Source of the DNA: Rhodospirillales bacterium
GTDB lineage: Bacteria > Pseudomonadota > Alphaproteobacteria > Rhodospirillales > UBA2165
Direction of reading: 5' to 3'
NCBI GenBank assembly: GCA_016777585.1
Contig: JADHRD010000001.1
Span: forward strand, 12,943-76,942
DNA length: 64,000 bases
The translations under genes were made by a program, and so were the position numbers. Shown here one piece after another: positions 42,563-52,060 of the stretch. The notes under the pieces are model-generated. The model was not told where the DNA came from. It made no database searches and worked only from the letters and a program-made list of their open reading frames with translations. How positions within the stretch are numbered: position 1 is the first letter of the stretch; each line of letters opens with the position of its first letter.

Positions 42563-43098
42563 TGAAGCGCCTAGCTTATTTTCTCCCTCTTGTTTTATTA
42601 GCAATTCTTGCCGCATATTTTTCTGCTGGTCTGGGCAGAGATCCTCAAACACTTGACTCAGTTTTAATTAACAAAAAAGTACCAGAATTCTCCCTACCTC
42701 CAATAAGAGGTTTTAATGCGGGTCTATCAAATAACGATTTCTTGAATAAAGTGGTTCTTGTTAATATTTTTGGTTCTTGGTGTGTTTCCTGTCGGATTGA
42801 ACACCCGTTTCTTATGGAATTAAAGAAGAAGGGTGTAATTCCAATTTACGGGATTAATTGGCGAGAGCAGAACCAAGACGATGGGCCCCGATGGTTAAAA
42901 AAATTTGGTAATCCATATAGTTTAATTGGCGATGATCCAAAAAGTAGGGGGGCAATCGCATTTGGTGTCACCGGTGCTCCCGAAACATTCTTGGTTGATC
43001 AAAGAGGTATTGTGAGGCTGAAACATATGGGTCCAATAACCCAGCAAAATTGGAATGATACACTAAAACCGGCAATAGATAAGTTGAAAAATAGATGA
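42559..43098 (+). CDS. ccmG: Thiol:disulfide interchange protein CcmG/DsbE
   Basis: SWCVSCRIEHP and GVTGAPETF. Confidence 0.94.
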   Translation: MMKRLAYFLPLVLLAILAAYFSAGLGRDPQTLDSVLINKKVPEFSLPPIRGFNAGLSNNDFLNKVVLVNIFGSWCVSCRIEHPFLMELKKKGVIPIYGINWREQNQDDGPRWLKKFGNPYSLIGDDPKSRGAIAFGVTGAPETFLVDQRGIVRLKHMGPITQQNWNDTLKPAIDKLKNR

Positions 43099-43526
43099 AA
43101 TTCCTGATTTTAACAATTACCCTATTATTGAGTTCAAATTTTGTGCATGCTGTCGATCCCGGTGAAATTCTGAAAGATAGCAGTTTAGAAATTCGCGCTC
43201 GAGCAATTAGTAAAGATCTTCGTTGCGTTGTTTGTCAGAACCAATCCATTGATGACTCGGATGCTGAACTAGCCCGAGATCTTAGAATACTTGTTAGAGA
43301 CCGCATTCTAGAGGGAGATAGTGATCAAGCTGTCATAGATTATGTTGTTTCAAGGTATGGTGATTTTGTATTACTTAACCCACCGGTGAAAGGTGTAACT
43401 TTTGTTCTTTGGTTTGGTCCAATAGTGATTACATTAATCGGATTTATTTGTTTAATATTATTTTTTCGTCGTCAAAAGCCACTTATTCAAGATTTGAAGA
43501 AGAATAATGCTGAGGTAAAAAAATGA
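43095..43526 (+). CDS. ccmH: Cytochrome c biogenesis protein CcmH (CycL)
   Basis: LRCVVCQNQSIDDS and RYGDFVLLNPP. Confidence 0.95.
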   Translation: MKFLILTITLLLSSNFVHAVDPGEILKDSSLEIRARAISKDLRCVVCQNQSIDDSDAELARDLRILVRDRILEGDSDQAVIDYVVSRYGDFVLLNPPVKGVTFVLWFGPIVITLIGFICLILFFRRQKPLIQDLKKNNAEVKK

Positions 43527-44644
43527 CGCTCTTAGTTACTTTTGGAAGCATACTTTTAATTGTCCTGGCACTGCTGACTTTGTCAATATTACGGTCGAAG
43601 AAGGCCTTGCTAAGCAAGCATAACTCAGTCGTCTATCAAGACCAAATTGATGAAATTAAGAGAGATGTCGATCGTGGCCTGCTAAGTAAGGATGAGGCAA
43701 CGCTGCTCGGAATTGAAATACAAAAACGTCTAGAAAAAGCGCCAGCCGAGGACCTTGACCAAGCCCACCGTGATACGCCAATCACAAAGGCTACCATATT
43801 AACATGTATTTTGTTAATTACTATTATTCCAGTAACAACTATTGCTACATATAATTATCTTGGATCTCCAACAAAACCTGACCTACCTTTTGCCTCAAGA
43901 AAGGTACCCACTCCTGTTAATACAGCAGATATTGAGATGAATAAGTTAGTCAACGCTCTAAAGAAACGTATGAACGCAAATCCTGAAAAAATTGATGGTT
44001 GGTTGCTGCTTGGACGAACGCTCTCAACCTTGAAACGTTTTGATGAAGCTTCTAATGCATTTAAACGCGCCTTTTTAATTGACTCATCAAAGGCGCAAAT
44101 CGCAACATCAATAGCAGAAACATTATTTATGGCGCGAAGTGGGCTTTTTAAAGACGAAAGCCGTAAATACCTCAAAATAGCACTAAAATTAAACCCACGA
44201 GAATATAAAGCTCTTTATTATATGGGTCTTGATCTTGCTCGGCAAAATAATTACCGTGAGGCAGTCCAGACTTGGGTAAATTTAATCGCAATTTCACCGA
44301 AGGAAGCACCATGGCTATCTAACGTACGACGACAATTAGCTGAAGTCGCGTCAACCGGTAATCTAACTATTTCTCAATTTATTCCACAATTAAATTCCAC
44401 TGAGAGAAAAGCTACGCTGCCTCCGAGAGGGCCGACCCAAAATGATATTAAGGCGGCACAGGAAATGTCCAATGAAGATAGACAGGCCTTTATTCGCTCA
44501 ATGGTGGAGAGGCTCGCAGATCGTTTAAAAGAAAAACCAAACGATTTAAACGGTTGGAGAAGACTAGCTCGAGCATACCGGGTTCTAGGAGAGACAAAGA
44601 AGGCCGAACAGGCAGAAATACGTATAAAAAAATTAAAAAATTAA
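43523..44644 (+). CDS. ccmI: Cytochrome c biogenesis TPR protein CcmI (CycH)
   Basis: VYQDQIDEIKRDVDRGL, YLGSP, DGWLLLGR TPR repeats and IRSMVERLADRL...GWRRLARAYRVLG. Confidence 0.92.
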   Translation: MTLLVTFGSILLIVLALLTLSILRSKKALLSKHNSVVYQDQIDEIKRDVDRGLLSKDEATLLGIEIQKRLEKAPAEDLDQAHRDTPITKATILTCILLITIIPVTTIATYNYLGSPTKPDLPFASRKVPTPVNTADIEMNKLVNALKKRMNANPEKIDGWLLLGRTLSTLKRFDEASNAFKRAFLIDSSKAQIATSIAETLFMARSGLFKDESRKYLKIALKLNPREYKALYYMGLDLARQNNYREAVQTWVNLIAISPKEAPWLSNVRRQLAEVASTGNLTISQFIPQLNSTERKATLPPRGPTQNDIKAAQEMSNEDRQAFIRSMVERLADRLKEKPNDLNGWRRLARAYRVLGETKKAEQAEIRIKKLKN

Positions 44645-44664
44645 ACTCTAAAAATTATATGATA

Positions 44665-45969
44665 TTAATCAAACATTGTATTCGGAAGAAAAGTAGCTAT
44701 TTCTGGAAAAGCGACTAAAATTATTAAACAAACTCCCATCGCGATCCAGAAAGGCCAGATTCCTCTAAAAATCGTCCCCATCGATACATCTTGTGCAACG
44801 CTTTTTACAACAAATACATTGAGTCCAACAGGTGGGCTTATTAAACCCATCTCTAAAACAATAACTACTACGATCCCAAACCAAATAGGGCTCATTCCTA
44901 ATTGGGTGATAACCTCGAAGGCTACGGGAAGCGTTAAGACAAGCATTGCCAGTCCTTCAAGGAATGTTCCCAAAAATATATAAGTTACTAAAATTAAGAT
45001 TACTATACCCGTTTTCCCCACATCAAGATTAACTAAAAATGTTACCAGATCAGCTGGTATATGGGTTAGTGCCATGAAAGGAATAAATACATGCGCACCA
45101 ATAAGGATCATAAAAACAGTAGCCGTTGTTTGAAGGGTCTGAAGAATGACAAATGTCATTTTATCTCGATCTAGAGATTTGCGAGATAATGCAACTAGGA
45201 ATGCCAAAACAGCTCCGACACCGGCAGCTTCTACAGGTGTGAAAATACCTATATAAATTCCACCAATAGTGGCAACGACTATTGCTACCATCGCAAAAGC
45301 TTTACGCAACGATCGTATTCTTTCCTTAAAACTACTTATTGGCCCCGCTGGCCCAATTTCTGGTTTTAATCGCGTTACGATTGCAATAGCTAGTAAAAAC
45401 ATACAGGTTAATAAAATGCCCGGAATAATTCCAGCCATAAAAAGTCGACCTATAGATTGTTCTGTAAGTATCGCGTATATTATTAGGCCCGTTGAAGGTG
45501 GAATTAATATTCCAAGAGTACCGCCTGCGGCAACAGCACCAGTCGCCAAACCATCATCATACTTAAAACGCTTCATCTCAGGGAGAGCAACACGACCCAT
45601 TGTTATGGCCGAAGCAATTGAAGAGCCACTCAAAGCTGCAAAGCCAGCGCAACCAGCGATCGTAGCACTGGCTAACCCGCCTCTCCAATGACCTACCCAG
45701 CAATACGCGGCATTAAAAAGATCGCGGCTCATTCCAGATACACCCGCCAAATTACCCATTAAAACAAACAATGGAATTACCGTAAGAGTTAAGGTCACGG
45801 ATATTTCAAATGTTTCTGTGCCTAGAACACTCAACGCTGCCGCGTAACCATTAATGGCCGCTGTTCCAAAAAATCCAACTGCCAACATAGCCATAGCAAC
45901 GGGAACCCTAAAAATTAACATGGCAAATAAAGCAAAAAGACCAATAAAACCAATAGCCGTAACTGACAA
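44665..45969 (-). CDS. TRAP transporter large permease (DctM family)
   Basis: IPLFVLMG, GGLA, SGSS, GTLGILIPPS, TPVEAA and ISPPVGLN. Confidence 0.95.
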   Translation of the reverse strand: MSVTAIGFIGLFALFAMLIFRVPVAMAMLAVGFFGTAAINGYAAALSVLGTETFEISVTLTLTVIPLFVLMGNLAGVSGMSRDLFNAAYCWVGHWRGGLASATIAGCAGFAALSGSSIASAITMGRVALPEMKRFKYDDGLATGAVAAGGTLGILIPPSTGLIIYAILTEQSIGRLFMAGIIPGILLTCMFLLAIAIVTRLKPEIGPAGPISSFKERIRSLRKAFAMVAIVVATIGGIYIGIFTPVEAAGVGAVLAFLVALSRKSLDRDKMTFVILQTLQTTATVFMILIGAHVFIPFMALTHIPADLVTFLVNLDVGKTGIVILILVTYIFLGTFLEGLAMLVLTLPVAFEVITQLGMSPIWFGIVVVIVLEMGLISPPVGLNVFVVKSVAQDVSMGTIFRGIWPFWIAMGVCLIILVAFPEIATFLPNTMFD

Positions 45970-46009
45970 TTACTTCTCCTTTTTATTGGGCATCTAACCC
46001 GTCATTCAA

Positions 46010-46522
46010 TTATTCTAAATTATATCCACGCAATAGTGCTATTAATTCAAATAGTAAAACGATCGCGTAAAGTGCCATTCCGAAGGCTAAAATCCAAAAA
46101 AATGGTTGCAATGTTATTTCTAATGACCGTGTGGTTTCGCCGTATTCGGCTGCGTTAATTCCACTTCCTATGAGCACCCAAATTAGAATACACATCATTA
46201 AGGTGCCGAGTAGTTTAACAAATATATCAGTCCATCGGGTGAATCTTGGTCCCGTTACGAGACTTAATATTTCTACAATTACTTGTCCACCTTTTCGGCC
46301 GCTGTAAGCAACGCTAAAGGCTACTGTCGCCATAAGAAATATTTGATTAAAATCATCTGTACCAAATATGGGTGAATTAAATACATAGCGAAAGATCACG
46401 GCCGTAACGATAAGCACAGCAAGGCCAATAAGCGCTATCCCACCAGCGTATAAAGTAATAGGATGAATACAACGATCTATAAAGACGAGCGTTGCATCCA
46501 CCCTGTTCTTCTTATCCTTCAT
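46010..46522 (-). CDS. TRAP transporter small permease (DctQ family)
   Basis: Four TM helices and the VIFRYVFNSPI motif. Lies between the DctP and DctM genes. Confidence 0.92.
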   Translation of the reverse strand: MKDKKNRVDATLVFIDRCIHPITLYAGGIALIGLAVLIVTAVIFRYVFNSPIFGTDDFNQIFLMATVAFSVAYSGRKGGQVIVEILSLVTGPRFTRWTDIFVKLLGTLMMCILIWVLIGSGINAAEYGETTRSLEITLQPFFWILAFGMALYAIVLLFELIALLRGYNLE

Positions 46523-46537
46523 TAAATTGTCTAAACT

Positions 46538-47563
46538 TTACTGAGTAACGGCTTTATAAATTGCCCGAGCAGGTATACCTGCCTTTTCTTTTTTTGCTAT
46601 AAACTGTTCAACAGACTGCGCAGTAGCATTATTAAATTCTGCTGCAGCCGACTGAGATAATTGAATAAACTTTACGCCTTTCTGCTCATTCTTTGCTGTC
46701 GCAAGCTGTTTAGCATCAATATTGCCCCAATAATTTGCAGCGAACATACTTAAGCCCCTTCCACTATGTTTATTTATAGCTTTCTTATGCGAGGAAGAGA
46801 GGCCTTCGTAGGCTTGCTTATTCATAAAAATATATAACATTGTTGTGGGGCCATTCATTCCAGCGGTAACGTATTCGCCAGGCTCAGCTAGACGCCAAGG
46901 TCTATACAATGCTCCCGGAGAAATATAAACACCATCTAAAACGCCTGTTTGAAGGGAGTTATAAGCTTTCGTAACAGGCATATAAACAGCCGCAGCTCCC
47001 CATGCCCTTAACTGAGGAATATTGCTTGGTGATGGAGCTCTAATTTTTAAACCTTTAATATCTCCAATTTTTGAAACCGGATTTTTACGAGTAATGAGTA
47101 TTGCTGGCCAATTTGCAAAAATACCCAATACTTTTACTTTTGCATACTCTGATTTAAGGTGTTTATCATATATACTCCAAGCTTTCTTTGTAACCTCTTG
47201 TGATGAATTGCCCACACCTGGTTGTGCGACAGTCATAGTTCGAGGGAATAGTTTTGGAGTATACCCATGCACACCAAAAGTTATTTCCGCTACATTTTCA
47301 ATGACACGCTTGTACTGTGCTTTTGGCCCTTTTCCCAACTGACCGCTAGGGTATAATTTGAGTTTTAATGATCCACCAGTCTCAGATGCAATATTTTTTG
47401 CTAAATGCGGCAATATTCCCTTATTAACTGGATGTTTTGCTGACATAAAAGTCGCCATTTTTAATTCTTTAGCTTCGGCTTGCCTCAGATCACCTTGCGT
47501 AAAGAAAAATGTTGTTAAAAAAATAACAGCTGTAAATATAAATGACTTTTTGTAAAAAAGCAT
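46538..47563 (-). CDS. TRAP transporter substrate-binding protein (DctP family)
   Basis: Signal peptide from ATG 47563 (SD GGGGGA). YPSGQLG, GYTPKLFP, GLKIRAP and YNSLQTGVLDG. Confidence 0.92.
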   Translation of the reverse strand: MLFYKKSFIFTAVIFLTTFFFTQGDLRQAEAKELKMATFMSAKHPVNKGILPHLAKNIASETGGSLKLKLYPSGQLGKGPKAQYKRVIENVAEITFGVHGYTPKLFPRTMTVAQPGVGNSSQEVTKKAWSIYDKHLKSEYAKVKVLGIFANWPAILITRKNPVSKIGDIKGLKIRAPSPSNIPQLRAWGAAAVYMPVTKAYNSLQTGVLDGVYISPGALYRPWRLAEPGEYVTAGMNGPTTMLYIFMNKQAYEGLSSSHKKAINKHSGRGLSMFAANYWGNIDAKQLATAKNEQKGVKFIQLSQSAAAEFNNATAQSVEQFIAKKEKAGIPARAIYKAVTQ

Positions 47564-47819
47564 AGTGTAATATCCCCCCAGAATATTTATTTTATAATAT
47601 TTTTCATAATTCATATCTGATAAAATTGAATTTTTAAAATTCAAACAGAAATATAAATTATGGACTTTTCTCCCAGTAGAGAGAGTATATCATTAGTTGC
47701 TAATACTAAAACAAATAATTTTATATTTCACACAACGAAATACTAAGTTAAAATTTTTATATTTAATTTATGATCTATCATTAAAATTTTACCGTTTAGA
47801 TTTGTTTCGATTATATGGA

Positions 47820-48155
47820 TCAATACTTTATGAGATCAATCTTAGATGCCAAAATAAAATCATTCTCATGCAAACCATCAATTTCATGAGTATAAATATA
47901 AATTCTAGCATAACCCCATCCAAATTCGATATCAGGGTGATGTCCCTCTTCTTCTGCGATTGCTGCAACACGGTCAATGAATTTCAGGGAATGTTTAAAA
48001 TCTTCAAATTTAAATTCACGCTTTAATTTAGAGCTTTGTTCCGTCAAATCCCATTTTGGTATTTGCTTCTTATATTCATTCGCTTCATCTAATGGTAAAG
48101 GGATTATGCCACCTTGACATGAAACACACGACTTATTGTTAAGATCTCCGACCAT
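47820..48155 (-). CDS. phhB: 4a-hydroxytetrahydrobiopterin dehydratase (pterin-4a-carbinolamine dehydratase)
   Basis: CVSCQGG, AEEEGHHPDI and THEIDGLHENDFILA. Confidence 0.93.
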   Translation of the reverse strand: MVGDLNNKSCVSCQGGIIPLPLDEANEYKKQIPKWDLTEQSSKLKREFKFEDFKHSLKFIDRVAAIAEEEGHHPDIEFGWGYARIYIYTHEIDGLHENDFILASKIDLIKY

Positions 48156-48252
48156 GAATTAACTCCATAAGATTAAACATAAGGAAATGATAATAGCTCC
48201 GAACTAAAATACCAATTATATAATATAGACAACCTTTTAGTAAATATGAGAT

Positions 48253-48280
48253 TTGACACCATGATTTGATCATTTAAGCT
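48253..48280 (+). promoter_or_regulatory. Putative sigma70 promoter for the thiolase gene
   Basis: TTGACA-N16-TAAGCT, 62 nt upstream of the ATG at 48343. Confidence 0.4.
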
Positions 48281-48342
48281 AAAGATAAATTTAATCTAAA
48301 CATACAAAAAAGGGCAGGCGTACTGAGGCCTGGGGAAAATAT

Positions 48343-49548
48343 ATGACTGAAGCGTTTATATGCGATGCAATAAGAACTCCGATTGGCCGTTATGGTGGAA
48401 GTCTATCGACAATCCGAACAGATGACTTAGCCGCCTTACCAATTTCTGCTTTGATGGAACGAAATTCATCAGTTGATTGGGGGAAAGTCGACGACGTTAT
48501 TTATGGTTGTGTTAATCAATCAGGTGAAGACAACCGAAATATTGCAAGGATGGCATTGCTACTAGCAGGACTTCCGGAGGCAGTTCCAGGCGTTTCTGTA
48601 AATAGATTGTGTGCATCTGGAATGCATGCAGTTGGCAGTGCAGCGCGTGGCATTAAATCTGGAGATGCTGATTTATTTATAGCGGGAGGTGTTGAAGGCA
48701 TGTCAAGATCACCATTTGTTATGGCAAAAGCAACTTCCGCCTTTTCTAGAAATGCCGAAATTTATGATACGACAATGGGGTGGAGGTTTGTTAACCCCAA
48801 AATGAAGCAGTTGTATGGTATTGATGAAATGGGCACGACAGCGGAGAATGTAGCAAACGATTTTAATATATCTCGAGAAGACCAGGATCAAATGGCGCTA
48901 CGAAGTCAAATAAAGGCTGAAAAGGCCCAATCCAATGGTGATCTCGCAAACGAAATCCTCCCTGTTAATATTCCTCAGCGTAAAGGGGAAGACATTATTT
49001 TTGATATGGATGAACATTTAAGGCCGGGTTCTACAATAGAAGGCTTACAAAAGCTGCGTCCAGCATTCCAGGAAGGCGGCTCAGTTACCGCAGGTAATTC
49101 ATCAGGCATTAACGATGGCTCCTGCGCATTAATAATTGCGTCTGAAGACACAGCAAAAGCAAATGGACTTACACCAAAAGCGAGAATTCTTGGACTCGCT
49201 GCGGGAGGCGTTCCACCCCGGGTTATGGGCATTGGCCCAGTTCCGTCTACTCAGAAACTAATGGCTCGACTTGGCTTAAAAATGAATGATTTAGATATTA
49301 TAGAATTAAATGAAGCATTTGCAGCTCAGGGGCTTGCGGTGCTTCGGGAACTTGGTGTCGATGATGATGACCCTAGAGTAAATCCTCAAGGGGGGGCCAT
49401 CGCACTTGGTCATCCTTTAGGTGCGAGCGGTGCGCGTCTTGTTACCACAGCAATGTACCAACTTCAACGTACTAAAAAGAAAACAGCACTCTGCACAATG
49501 TGTGTCGGAGTTGGTCAAGGCTCCTCTATTATTATTGAGAGGGTATAA
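48343..49548 (+). CDS. pcaF: 3-oxoadipyl-CoA thiolase (PcaF/PaaJ subfamily)
   Basis: RTPIGRYGG, NQSGEDNRNIARM (subfamily signature), NRLCASG, YDTTMGWRFVNP, NEAFA, GHPLG and TMCVGVGQG. Confidence 0.88.
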   Translation: MTEAFICDAIRTPIGRYGGSLSTIRTDDLAALPISALMERNSSVDWGKVDDVIYGCVNQSGEDNRNIARMALLLAGLPEAVPGVSVNRLCASGMHAVGSAARGIKSGDADLFIAGGVEGMSRSPFVMAKATSAFSRNAEIYDTTMGWRFVNPKMKQLYGIDEMGTTAENVANDFNISREDQDQMALRSQIKAEKAQSNGDLANEILPVNIPQRKGEDIIFDMDEHLRPGSTIEGLQKLRPAFQEGGSVTAGNSSGINDGSCALIIASEDTAKANGLTPKARILGLAAGGVPPRVMGIGPVPSTQKLMARLGLKMNDLDIIELNEAFAAQGLAVLRELGVDDDDPRVNPQGGAIALGHPLGASGARLVTTAMYQLQRTKKKTALCTMCVGVGQGSSIIIERV

Positions 49549-49752
49549 AGTTTAGTTATAAAAATAGGGGTCCCAGTTGATCATCACATTAGTGATAAAT
49601 ACCACAATAATTTAAACAATTAATGTAGGTTTATTTTTCAGTAAAATCATATCCTTGACCTAAAAAGAATTTTATCACAAATTAATTTTAAGCTGATTCG
49701 AAAGACACTAATTATAAATATTAAAAAAATTTAAATAGGGATCAAATTTAAT

Positions 49753-51057
49753 ATGACTAAATCGTTTGCTATTGTAGGCTCGGGACCTTCAGGAATGTAT
49801 GCGGCTGACGCTCTGCTAAAAAAGTTTCCATCATGCAGAATCTGTGTATTTGATAAAATACCAATGCCCTTTGGGCTTATTCGATATGGTGTAGCCCCTG
49901 ATCATTTTAAAACAAAAAATACGTCTCGTCAGTTTTTAAGAACACTAGAACTGGAACAGGTTCACTATTTAGGTAACGTAGAAGTGGGGCGTGATATATC
50001 TACGGACGAACTTAAAGAGAATTTTGATGCTGTTGTCTATGCAATTGGTGCATATAATGATCGTCAACTAGGTATCAAAGGGGAAAATCTTAGAGGAGTT
50101 TATGGCGCTTGTGCCTTTGTTGGTTGGTATAATGCCCACCCTGATTTCTGCGATCTTAATCCAATGTTAGATGGTGAAACCGTTGCAGTAATTGGAATCG
50201 GAAACGTCGCTTTAGACGTGTGCCGCGTTTTAACCAAAACAAGAACCGAAATGGAAGGGTCCGATATCTCCACTCCAGCATTGGATAGAATCCAGTCCAT
50301 GCCAATAAGGGAAGTTCATATGTTTGGCCGTAGGGGACCAATTGAGGCTGGCTTCACACCAAAAGAATTAGGGGAAGTTCGTGACCTCGAGAGATGCGCA
50401 GCAATTGTTGATTCTAAACAGCTTCCACAAAAAATTGAGGGTAATTTTGATACCAGGGAGAAGGGTATTAAAGAAAAGAATTTAAAAATTCTTAATGAAT
50501 TGGCTGAACAGAGTAAACCTCAAAAATCCATTAAAATGAATTTTCAATTTTATGCCTCTCCCACAGAGATACTTGGTAAGGAGCGGGTTGAAGGCATTCG
50601 TTTAGAGAGAACAAAAGTAATTGATGGAAAGGCTAGATCAACAGGGGAAGTGTTTGATGTGCCATGTTGTTCAGTAATAACAGCTATCGGTTATCAAGCA
50701 GACCCGCCTGAGGGCCTCAAATTAAATGGTGCAATATTAGAAAATACAAATGGTTGTATTAACGATAATGTCTATGTAGTGGGTTGGGCAAAACGTGGTT
50801 CAAGTGGAACAATCCCCACTAATGGACCTGACTCTCGAGCGGTAATTGAATTATTATCTGAAACTCTTGAAAATGATAATAATAAAATTAAAGGTGGATA
50901 TGACTCGATATCCAAACTGCTTGAGGCTCGTAACGTTCGAACTGTTTCGATAAACGACATGAAAAAAATACAAGCCGCTGAAATTGATAATGCGAGAAAG
51001 AACCATCCGTGGGAAAAATTTACAAAAATAGAGTCAATGTTAGAGGTTCTAAATTAA
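49753..51057 (+). CDS. Ferredoxin--NADP+ reductase, adrenodoxin-reductase/FprA type
   Basis: GSGPSG, PFGLIRYGVAPDH, FVGWYNAHP, GIGNVALD, GRRGP and GWAKRGSSGTI. Confidence 0.9.
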   Translation: MTKSFAIVGSGPSGMYAADALLKKFPSCRICVFDKIPMPFGLIRYGVAPDHFKTKNTSRQFLRTLELEQVHYLGNVEVGRDISTDELKENFDAVVYAIGAYNDRQLGIKGENLRGVYGACAFVGWYNAHPDFCDLNPMLDGETVAVIGIGNVALDVCRVLTKTRTEMEGSDISTPALDRIQSMPIREVHMFGRRGPIEAGFTPKELGEVRDLERCAAIVDSKQLPQKIEGNFDTREKGIKEKNLKILNELAEQSKPQKSIKMNFQFYASPTEILGKERVEGIRLERTKVIDGKARSTGEVFDVPCCSVITAIGYQADPPEGLKLNGAILENTNGCINDNVYVVGWAKRGSSGTIPTNGPDSRAVIELLSETLENDNNKIKGGYDSISKLLEARNVRTVSINDMKKIQAAEIDNARKNHPWEKFTKIESMLEVLN

Positions 51058-51170
51058 ACAAAGGATGGGATTTCTTATTCTCTTTAAGCCATAGAGATCC
51101 AGCTTTAACAAATTTATTTTAAATAAAAATTAAGCTGCCGGATACTTTTTAAAAATATACATGCAATTAC

Positions 51171-52055
51171 TTACAGTGACCTTCGCAAGATGAGAGTTAC
51201 CCAATCTCCAATTATAATTTCTTTGATAAAATAGAATCCTTGCCTTAAATGAGCATTCATAACCCAGTTTTTATCTTTAATAAGAAATCCAGATAGAATA
51301 ATAATCCCACCGGGTCTAAGAACAATACCTAAGTCTCTTGAAAGTTTTACCAAAGGACGTGCTAAAATATTACTTGCAACAATATCATATTCGTAACTCT
51401 TTATTCTTCGATGATTATACCCCTTTGAGGAAATGGCAAATATATTGGAACGAAGGCCATTTTTTTTTAAATTTTCATTACAAACTCTCGTTGAAATTGG
51501 ATCTATATCAGAAGCAACGATTGGCATATTCCATAATTTTGCCATTACCATTGCAAGAATCCCTGAACCACTTCCCATGTCCAGACCTCTGCGTGGTTTA
51601 TTCTTGGAGAAAAACTTATCAATTTTATTGAGAGCTATAATACATCCTTTAGTAGTTTCATGCCGTCCTGAACCAAAAGCCTCTCCTGCTGGAATATTCA
51701 ATCTTATAGAAGGCAAATAATGTTTCGTTGACCGATTTCCGCCTAGAATAACAAAACGTCCAACCTTTATTGGCGATAAATGTAAAACCTGGCTAACTGT
51801 TACATTCTCTATTTTCTTTGTTTCTAATTTAACCTTTGGAATTTTAATATTTGCAACTTTTGATACCAGCTTTATTACTTTTTTTATAGATAACTCATTA
51901 CTGGGATTTGTAATGAACGCAACTATTTCTGTTGTAGAGGTACTATCATTATTTTTCCACGAGACTGAATCTACAAAATCACTGATACTATCAGCAAAAG
52001 TGGGAGCCAAAGACTTCGGTGTGGTGAAAGAAATTTGCTTTAAATTTAATGTCAT
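51171..52055 (-). CDS. prmA: Ribosomal protein L11 methyltransferase
   Basis: AFGSGRHETTKGC, LDMGSGSGILA, SDIDP, NILARPL and ILSG. The N-terminal part is divergent. Confidence 0.85.
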   Translation of the reverse strand: MTLNLKQISFTTPKSLAPTFADSISDFVDSVSWKNNDSTSTTEIVAFITNPSNELSIKKVIKLVSKVANIKIPKVKLETKKIENVTVSQVLHLSPIKVGRFVILGGNRSTKHYLPSIRLNIPAGEAFGSGRHETTKGCIIALNKIDKFFSKNKPRRGLDMGSGSGILAMVMAKLWNMPIVASDIDPISTRVCNENLKKNGLRSNIFAISSKGYNHRRIKSYEYDIVASNILARPLVKLSRDLGIVLRPGGIIILSGFLIKDKNWVMNAHLRQGFYFIKEIIIGDWVTLILRRSL

Positions 52056-52060
52056 TAAAA

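Noticed and set aside
47697-48026. 109-aa + strand ORF
   Set aside because: It starts with TTG in very AT-rich spacer DNA, overlaps phhB antisense and has no recognisable motif.
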